Positions 58,386-64,000 of a stretch of 64,000 bases of DNA are shown piece by piece. Below the pieces are notes generated by a model. That model did not search any database. It worked only from the letters and a program-made list of their open reading frames with translations, and was not told where the DNA came from. Within the stretch, counting starts at the first letter, position 1. Every line of letters begins with the position of its first letter. The translations under genes were made by a program, and so were the position numbers. This DNA comes from Eledone cirrhosa (taxonomy: Eukaryota), in NCBI GenBank assembly GCA_964016885.1, contig OZ024743.1, positions 309,628,001 through 309,692,000 of the forward strand. The letters are read 5' to 3'.

Positions 58386-58798
58386 ATAAACAAATAAATG
58401 TTTTCGTAAACTTTCGGCAGGCATGGTTTCCACATAAACAAGCTATACTTTTATATTAATATTACTTTATCGATATCAAAGAGATGAAAAACAACACTAC
58501 ATATCATAGAATTGTTTTTAGAAAATGAAAGACTAAACATAAATGCCGTAAGGTGTTTACGCTGGTTTTTATATCTCTATTGGTTTCCATGATGGAGGTA
58601 GAGTAACGAAAGTGTTTCGCTGCTGACTACATAATGATTAAATACTGCCAAGTCGGATAAATTGAAAAGTGAAACAGCAAACATAACAGGGGTTCAGGGT
58701 TTAGAAGATACAAAAGGAAAAGGATATTCGCTGATTGGCTTGTAGTTGTGAAAGAAAGGGAATTATACGGACTTAGGATCTGAATATCTAATATAACA

Positions 58799-58993
58799 CA
58801 GACCTGCCAACCTCTAAAGACCCAAACGGGGAGTACTATGAAACAAAGTGCCCCCAAACAGTGAGAAATGAAGCAAAATGGGGAGATTTTATATAATGAA
58901 AGCTATACCCATTTTTTCAAGATAAGATATCTCTCCCCCACCCCAAAGTGGGTGGGAGATCTCCCCGTCGGATGGGGAGAGTTGATAGGTCCG
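58799..58993 (+). mobile_element. About 195-bp MITE (hAT-like TIRs)
   Basis: TIR cagacctgccaac / gttgataggtccg; second copy inverted at 60031. Confidence 0.75.
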
Positions 58994-59324
58994 ACAACAC
59001 CTCATAAGACTCTTCAGAGTATAACTTTTAAAATATATCTTAACAATTAGAGAAATACTACTATTTCAATCTTTTGTAATTCTACAACTTCAAAATATTT
59101 AACTAATATCTACACAATTTAAATGGAAGAATTACAAAAATCAAAACAAAAATAAAACAAAACAAAACGTAAGACATTCCTATTTTAGCCAGAATAAAAC
59201 GTTAGATAAATTATAAGAATTAAGTCTAAATAACTTCTAAATAGCTTATGGTGATAACAACTGATTGAGGAAAAAAATAACCAATAATTAGTAATAACAG
59301 CAACAACAGGCGGTGAAAGTAACA

Positions 59325-59505
59325 ATAATTGTTTCTACTTTAGGCACTAGGCCAGAAATTACCCAGTACATTACTGGTACTTTATTTTATCGACCCCCGT
59401 AAGGATGAAAGGCAAAGTTAACCTCGGCGGGATTTGAACTCAGACTGTAAAGGGACGTAACTATGCTAGAAAACATGGCGTCCAACCCTCTACCGATACT
59501 GCCAA
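59325..59505 (-). mobile_element. tRNA-derived SINE
   Basis: Same family as 9370. Confidence 0.9.
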
Positions 59506-60030
59506 TAACATTTGTTATTACTGTTATCATAAATGATACCGAAATATCCAGCATTACGTTGAAACTTAATTGAAATGATCAATAAGATTACAAAATCCCA
59601 ATTGTGTCATGAGATTAATTAGCTTAAATTATTACATGAACAAAGGAAATGAGTGTAGACAAACTGTAGGTAATTGACGTAATTTTCTACTTTATTATTT
59701 AAATGAAATCGCTTCTCTACTCGAACATAAACGTCAGTCGTTCAAATAATTTTCTTAAAACAGCTCTGTAATAATCATGTTCGTAATAAATGAAGCATAT
59801 TAAAGTGGCACGTTTATATTTTATAATTTTTTTCTATCATAAAATTGTTTATTACGTGTTTTCATGGCATAGCAAAGCGAAACTCTGTTTTAGCTCCACG
59901 AAGAGTTTTATATATTAAAAGTTATGTGTGTGTATTACATAGTAGTGTTGTGAGAGCAGTAGATAGTAGTGATATGCGTGTTGTAGATATGTATGGCACA
60001 TAGTAGTGCTATGTCTGCAGTACTTAGTAG

Positions 60031-60223
60031 CAGACCTGTCAACTCTCCCCGTCCGACGGGGAGTTCTCCCACCCACTCTGGGGTGGGTGAGAGATGTCTT
60101 TTCTGATAAAAATGGGTATAGCTTTCATTATGTAAAATCTCTCCATTTGCCTCATTTATCCCCGTTTTGGGAAACCTTTTTTCATGGTACTCCCGTTTGG
60201 GTTTTTAAAGGTTGGCAGGTCTG
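60031..60223 (-). mobile_element. About 193-bp MITE (hAT-like TIRs)
   Basis: TIR cagacctgtcaac / gttggcaggtctg; reverse complement of 58799-58993. Confidence 0.8.
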
Positions 60224-60449
60224 TAGTAATGCTATTTCCTTTATGTTTTGTATAAGTGTAGGTCCAAATATTTTGTTATATATTTCACTATATCTCTTCT
60301 CAATTGTTCCTAATACGCCTATTATGGTGAAGAATGTTCTAATCCTTACATTCTCGTTATATCCCAATAGAGATATTTGTTTTTGGATAAGTTCCACAGT
60401 TCATTTACAGCTACATTACCATTTATAACTGACTAATACTTCTATCTGG

Positions 60450-63400
60450 TGTCATCTACCTATTATTGTTTAGCCACGCAGGTAAGGAATTGCCCATGAC
60501 AATTCTTCGGGGTTTTCAATACTGGTGGAAGTAGATATCCTCAAACGGAAAACCGACATCAATTGATTGCAACAGAGTGGATCTGTTAAGTCACTCAAGA
60601 AGTGGTATTGTTTAGTGGGCAACATATTTACTATATTTCGGCGATCTTATTTAATCTCACTCGGCCTGTTGCTCGTATATCAGAGAGTATGGCTTCTTTG
60701 ACATCCTTTGAGGCTGTTAATAGAGTATGTTTATATTATTTGTCGACATTTCATAATTTCTATTTTTAGACTCTCTTGTATAAGACCAGGCATTCAGAAA
60801 CAATGAGGTTATTTATTTTCTTTCCAACCTCAACGTATATTAGAAACATACATTGTATTCTGTTATGAGTAGGTTTTGGTAGGGTGGTACTTATACTGTG
60901 CCGCAAAAAGAAAATCATAGATCAGAACTTTGAGATCTTTACTTTTCGACTAGTGTTGAGAAATCTTTTAAATTATATATTCTTGTTCAGTCGTCTCATG
61001 TATTGGCTATTCATGCTATGTCTTTATCATGAGATTATGTAGACCCGGTGAAGGCGCGTGTCATAGTGTTTAAGGTGTTTGACTCACAATAGTAAGGTCG
61101 TTATTTCGATTCCCAGCCACATTCAGGTTAGTTTCACGAATATGTCGTTCCACAGAAGACTCGAATCACTGATCGTCGGAACCAACAGCAACCCAACAAC
61201 ATTTGTAGTTTAGGGATACGCTTTTATCGATTTCTGTTGTTTCTCCATTTCCATTTTCCCTCACAAATGTCTGTTTTATATGCCTCTTTTATATTTGTCA
61301 GTTTTCTTGGAGAAAGAAAATGAGGTTATGTGTTGTACGTATTTGTATAATTTTTTATTATTCTTTGCACTATATTCTTGTATTCCAACAGAAGATATTT
61401 TATGGCATACTTTGTCAACTTAATCATACTCTCTATCAGTTGTGCTTGTATATTTTAATTGCAGTCATTATTTTTCTATTTAGGTCTGCTAATTTGTTTT
61501 GTGTCTAGCCGGATATACTCGAATAAATGCTGCGTAGGTATCATATAACAATTAGCTATTATATTTTACGCTTAGTTTAGTCATAAGTATTAATCTTTTA
61601 TTTCATCCTGAGTTTTGCTTTCATCCGCGTGTCTCCTTTATATTTAAAAGTGTGTTTTTGGTTTATATTCTTTATCTAGTACGACTGTTGTATTCCTAAT
61701 TAAGTTTCCCCTCTTCAAGTTTGTCTTGGCACATATTTCTAATTCGAATCTCATAAAAAGACGTCCGGTACATATCTGCGACTTTAGCGATTGGCTTCCC
61801 TCTGCATATTGGTATCTTCTCTATACAAAATTTGAACACCAGGCAAAAAAAGTGGTGGATGGAGGGACGGTAAATGTTTCTATATGAATTTTGTTTCTGA
61901 GGGAATTAATCAGTTATAACATATTGGTGACCCCTCACCCCTGTAAAAAAGGAATGCAGAGATAACTCTTAGAAAATTCGTTTTCTAGTTTTCTAGTTAA
62001 AATGGGACTAATTCTTATAACACCTGTTTTATTTTGTGTTTGTGTATTTCTTTGTCGTCTATTCATGGCAATTTTAATCCTTTTGATCCCGAGCTTCCTA
62101 AAACCAGATCTGGTTCTATAATGAAAACTATCTGCTTTAAAGAGTTCATGTTTAAATTGAAACCTTCCTTCATAATTGAGAGAACCTTTTAAGTTTTGTT
62201 CAAAATTGCGGCTTGATAATGAAAAAGTTAGTTATATTACTAAAACCTTCGAATTTTTTAGTATTTTAAGAATTAATCTTAAGTGATAGACAGTGTCTTT
62301 CAGTAGAAATATGGTAAGAAAATGGTTAAAGTATGTTGGAGCTACTAATGGCTAATGAATTTAGTATATTCTAGTATGAACCTGAGTGGAATATTATCAA
62401 AATATTCTGGTAAGCAATTCATACAATGCCTAGACACATCCTGCTCTGCTTATAGTCTTTGGTTATGGCATAGATGACCAGTAATTGATCTTTACAGTCT
62501 TCTGAGTTTTTGCTGCACTGTTGCACTATGTGGAAATAATTCGTTTTTTCGATATTTTTATCCTCTCCATTATTATGGTAGTAATATTCTATAAGTTTTA
62601 GGATGGATTGTAAAGTTTAGAGTTCGCTGTTTTCGAATTAAAATGACTTTTGTAATCAATGAACCAATCAAGTGTTGTTTTCATTTCTTTTAATACATTA
62701 AATATTCTTTTGCTAGTTCTTTGTGTAAGCTTCTTAGATATTTCAAGAAGTTTATTATGTTAACAACCTCCCGTATTCATTTCCTCCTGTCTTCTAAATA
62801 ATTCTTTCTTAGGAGAAAATCTTGCTCTGGCTGCCTTTTCGAATAATCCCCGGGATTATCTAAGTGCTACGTTTATTTTTTTAAACAATCTCATACGTGG
62901 TGATAAGTTCCCCAAATCTCTCTGGCGTGAAATTATTGTTGCTGCATATATTTCTATTTTGTTTGTTCCTAGTTTTTAATAAAAATGTGTGGGTCTTGAA
63001 TGAACTTAATATTTTTTATCTAAAGAATCTCTTGTTTTTCAGAACAAAGTATTTTGTGCAATATGGCAAAGGTTTCTTGTTTTAGAGATTTTGTTTTGGT
63101 TTCCTACAATTCCTTCTTTTTATACAAGATTTCTATACTGTTTCTCGCTTTTTTTGTTTTCCAATTGTTTATTTTTGCTATTGATTTTAAAGATTACGTG
63201 ATACCATCATTTATTTCCTATATTTTGCTATATAATTATTTTCTATATTATCTATTTACTATTAGACATTTCACTATGAGTAGATCTTAACTACGTCTTA
63301 ACTACTGTGGCTGTCGCAATAAAACATTCGCTTAATCTGGTTATATTGATGTCTGTGCTTGTTTGAATTATGTATGTCACAGTCAGATTTGCATATTTTG

Positions 63401-64000
63401 GTTATTGTTATTGCTTTTTAATCGTTGTTTTTCATTGAAAGTTATTCCCGTTATAACATACGGAAGCCTGCTATCGATTTTAACTCGCTATTTCCAAATT
63501 TGATTATAATCATGTTCATAATTTCTATCTTCAGAATTACCTATTTTGAATCTTTTTCATATACATATGGTTTATGTTGTTTCAGGCCTGATTTCTGTGA
63601 ACAACATTATGCAGGTGTTCTACAGTTGGTTTGATGTATTTTAGTATTTACTTATCATGGTACTTTTCTAAATTCTTTTATTTTCGGTGTTTATTTTTAA
63701 TGTGTTCTTTGTGTATCACTTTATTTAAGTGTTCTATACCAATATCTGGTTTTAAGTATCTACTTAAGTTAGCTTGTTTGTTCGAAACCAAAGTTATTTT
63801 GTGATCAGGGTTATTTTTCTCAAAGCATTATCGTATTTTTAGTTTTGGTGTGTAGTGTTGCTGTAAATTACCTATATAACATAGAAATATATGTCACCCA
63901 TGCTCATTTCTGCATCTTCTGTTTCATTTGCGAGGCTTCAAAGTAATATCCGCTCATTTATTTACATCGTCATCATTTCTATCGAGTAACCAACATATTT
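60450..64000 (-). pseudogene. Possible ancient, highly decayed LINE
   Basis: T-rich plus strand and scattered RT-like remnants on minus (IAKVADMY, GIQQ, GDT near 61500-61830); no continuous frame. Confidence 0.3.

Overview
AT-rich eukaryotic repeat DNA with no recognisable host gene. The SINE family and (TA)n/(CA)n load suggest a coleoid cephalopod, probably an octopus (inference). Almost all listed ORFs are microsatellite artefacts (YIYI/CVCV). The real content is: (i) at least three types of Penelope-like retroelements (RT plus C-terminal GIY-YIG endonuclease), including one near-complete copy at 34.9-39.5 kb with pseudo-LTRs; (ii) tRNA-derived SINEs, a CRE-type LINE fragment and small DNA-transposon MITEs; (iii) about 20 type-I hammerhead ribozyme (HHR) motifs found by eye, plus several HHR 3' halves, from more than 10 unrelated families. 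Several HHRs have very long stem II inserts (up to about 105 nt, with compensated changes), and three sit in non-coding 315-430 bp tandem units that resemble retrozymes. The most striking pattern is that many insertions into (TA)n tracts are fold-back palindromes. Their turn lies in or next to HHR stem II, and their inverted arm stops at a family-specific fixed point. This suggests ribozyme-hairpin-primed second-strand synthesis. All structures were assigned manually; no folding or database searches were run.
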